This document shows, one piece after another, positions 61,667-64,000 of a DNA stretch of 64,000 nt. Below the pieces are notes generated by a model. That model was not told the DNA's origin and ran no database searches. It worked only from the letters and a program-made list of their open reading frames with translations. The DNA comes from Promethearchaeota archaeon (lineage in GTDB: Archaea > Asgardarchaeota > Lokiarchaeia > Sigyniarchaeales > SOKP01). The DNA is taken from contig JAEOUA010000010.1 in assembly GCA_016839555.1 (NCBI GenBank), forward strand, positions 320,001 to 384,000. Direction: 5' to 3'. Within the stretch, counting starts at the first letter, position 1. Each line of letters opens with the position of its first letter. Position numbers and translations under genes: made by a program.

Positions 61667-62593
61667 TCAATTGGAATAAATAATGTATTTCTTTACCATA
61701 TGATGAGTGTGATAAGATAATTTGGCTTTTCTTAACCCTTCTATGCCTAAATCTTGTTCTCGATTAACGTATTTAGCATTTTCACCACAGCAATACTTTA
61801 AAAACATATTGTTTATCGCTTGATAAGAACCTTGATAATATACATGTGCTTTTTCTATATGAATTACATTTGTGTCGATATTAAGCATTTCGCCAAGTGT
61901 ATAGCCAGCTGTTTCATCTTTGACCAGTAAAATCCCTCCATTATAATCCAGTTCTGAATAATTATTTAGAAGTCTTTCTATTGCTTTCTGTTCTTCTTGT
62001 AAATCCTTATTTCTCTCACATTCATTCATCACACACCATTTATTTTGAAGTTCCCTACAATATTCCAACCATTCTTCAGAAATAAGATGAAATTCATAAT
62101 CATAATTTTCCAAAAAAGCCTCTAAATGCCTTCTTTTTGACCGATATTTATTCCCAGAAAGATTGATTAATGCATCTTTATCGTAGACATAATCCCAATT
62201 ATTCCTATCTTCTTCAATAATAAGATTTAACTGAGAAAATCTGTTCGTTTGCTTTAATTTAGAAATAATATTTTCGGAAACGCGATGAATTTCAATATTT
62301 TTAATTTCATTAAATAAATCAATTATGACTTCTTCTGGTGTTTCTCCTATTGGTGGAAAGAAAAATAAAGTATTATTCATTTTTGTTTTCGATTCTTTCC
62401 ACTTTCCTAAAAAATCTTTTGAAAAAATAAGTAAATGATTATTCCATTCTGAAAAGAATGAATTATAGTATTCTTGCCACGCAAATAAGTTCGTAAACGT
62501 AAATTCAGATATTTCTGGAGGACAATCCTTAAGATAATTGTTAAAAATATCTTTAACTGAGAGATTTATTGGAGAGGCATTATTCAAATTCAT
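61667..62593 (-). CDS. DUF2156 / aminoacyl-phosphatidylglycerol transferase-domain protein
   Basis: SEFTFTNL, WDYVY, HIEKA, NREQDLGIEGLRKAKLSY. Confidence 0.85.
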   Translation of the reverse strand: MNLNNASPINLSVKDIFNNYLKDCPPEISEFTFTNLFAWQEYYNSFFSEWNNHLLIFSKDFLGKWKESKTKMNNTLFFFPPIGETPEEVIIDLFNEIKNIEIHRVSENIISKLKQTNRFSQLNLIIEEDRNNWDYVYDKDALINLSGNKYRSKRRHLEAFLENYDYEFHLISEEWLEYCRELQNKWCVMNECERNKDLQEEQKAIERLLNNYSELDYNGGILLVKDETAGYTLGEMLNIDTNVIHIEKAHVYYQGSYQAINNMFLKYCCGENAKYVNREQDLGIEGLRKAKLSYHTHHMVKKYIIYSN

Positions 62594-62848
62594 ATGATAG
62601 GTAAAAATTAACTACTTTAAAAGCATTTTTTTTGAAAAATATAAATAATTTCGTAAGAGTTATTTTAAAGATGAAGAAACCGATATTTAATATCTCACTC
62701 TTGGGAGAATTCAGTTATTAACTTGAATAGTAATCATCTTAAGGATTTTCTATTTATATTGAAAAAAGAAAATAATTATTTCGAAAATAAAGAAAATCTA
62801 ATAAAAATAAAGAAAAAAATTGAGATTAAATTTGATTTATGAGTGTTT

Positions 62849-63850
62849 TTAGAGTTTTTTGACTATTAAATCTGCAAGACGATTTGAATAGCCCCATTCG
62901 TTATCATACCATGCTAATACGCTACATAGGTTTCCGATTGCATTAGTAAAAACACCACAGAAAATTGAACTTGCTGGATTGCCCACCACATCACTACTAA
63001 CAATAGGATCATCAGTATATTCTAAGATTCCTTTTAAAGATCCCTCTGCTGCTTGTTTCATAGCAGAATTTATTTCATCAATAGAAGCTGCTCGTTTGAG
63101 ATTAAATTTAACATCAATTACACTCCCATCAGGTGTTGGTACGCGTATTGCAATTCCATCTAATTTACCGTTTAATTCAGGAAATACTAAGCCGATTGCT
63201 TTAGCTGCGCCTGTTGAAGTAGGAACACTATTTGCACCTGCAGCTCTTCCACGAGTCATTTTAATAGGGTCCGCACGTCTAGCGGTATCAACAGTTGATT
63301 GATCGTTCGTGTAAGAATGAATTGTAGTCATAATTCCATTTTCAATTCCAAAACTATCATTTAAAACTTTAACTACGGGTCCTAGACAATTAGTTGTACA
63401 AGAGGCATTCGAAATTATTTGATGATCATCCCTCAATTTGTCCTCATTACATCCCAAAACCACAGTTATATCAGGATTAGTCGCTGGGGCACTAATCAAT
63501 ACTTTTTTAGCCCCTGCTTGTAAATGTTTCGCAGCACCATCACGATTCGTGAAGAATCCCGTTGATTCTAAAGCGATATCCACTCCGTATTTGGTATGAG
63601 GTAAATTAGCGGGGTCTCTCTCTGCAGTCACAGGTAATTCCTTACCATTAACTATTAATGCGCCTTCTTTATAACCAATTTTTCCAGGAAATCTTCCGAA
63701 AACAGTGTCATATTTAAGAGAATAAGCCAGATATTTAGGATCGAATAGATCATTCACATATTTAATGTCTATATCTGGATTATCATACGCTGCTCTAAAA
63801 AAATTCCGTCCAATACGTCCAAATCCGTTTATCATAATATTCTTTGCCAT
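62849..63850 (-). CDS. gap: Class I (bacterial-type) glyceraldehyde-3-phosphate dehydrogenase
   Basis: INGFGRIGR, SNASCTTNCL, PTSTGAAKA, WYDNEWGYS. Confidence 0.95.
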   Translation of the reverse strand: MAKNIMINGFGRIGRNFFRAAYDNPDIDIKYVNDLFDPKYLAYSLKYDTVFGRFPGKIGYKEGALIVNGKELPVTAERDPANLPHTKYGVDIALESTGFFTNRDGAAKHLQAGAKKVLISAPATNPDITVVLGCNEDKLRDDHQIISNASCTTNCLGPVVKVLNDSFGIENGIMTTIHSYTNDQSTVDTARRADPIKMTRGRAAGANSVPTSTGAAKAIGLVFPELNGKLDGIAIRVPTPDGSVIDVKFNLKRAASIDEINSAMKQAAEGSLKGILEYTDDPIVSSDVVGNPASSIFCGVFTNAIGNLCSVLAWYDNEWGYSNRLADLIVKKL

Positions 63851-64000
63851 TTATTTACTCACTCTTTAAACATTTCTAATTATTGTTTTAAATTTGTCAA
63901 GTTAAGAAAATTTACGACCTTTTTTTAAATTAACTTTTTTTTAGAGTTTGGAGTAAAGAATAAGATTTAAATGATAAACCAAAAACAAAAAAAGATTTAC

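Noticed and set aside
1404-63302. Many short ORFs antisense to or nested in long genes (e.g. 9199..9477, 28010..28324, 39978..40301, 60000..60374, 62979..63302)
   Set aside because: They are shadows of well-supported CDSs and have no motifs of their own.
1-64000. CRISPR arrays, tRNA/rRNA genes, transposases or integrases
   Set aside because: No regularly spaced repeats, cloverleaf or long GC-rich RNA tracts, or recombinase motifs seen by eye. tRNAscan-SE and Infernal would be needed to exclude them formally.

Overview
AT-rich chromosomal segment, most likely from an Asgard archaeon of the Lokiarchaeia/Promethearchaeota. This rests on a Rab-like GTPase, a longin-Arf-like GTPase fusion, a V4R protein, a Loki-CTERM-type surface protein, and archaeal XPF, PUA-domain protein, AroA' and geranylgeranyl reductase. 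About 50 CDS are present, mostly lipid/acyl-CoA metabolism (tandem-PlsC, ACADs, Etf, 3-hydroxyacyl-CoA dehydrogenase, enoyl-CoA hydratase), NAD and PTM enzymes (nadB, sirtuin, macrodomain, two LMW phosphatases) and DNA enzymes. I saw no rRNA, tRNA, CRISPR array or transposase. The most unusual part is 35.6-49.6 kb. Three surface-protein genes carry four copies of a nearly invariant cytoplasmic tail motif. They are transcribed divergently from an operon encoding a putative longin plus tandem winged-helix protein and two paralogous Zn/wHTH/coiled-coil/PLD-like proteins with different C-terminal modules. Other leads are a Whirly-like protein, a double-domain PlsC and a structured intergenic element at about 7.8-7.9 kb. 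All family calls are by eye from motifs; no searches were run.
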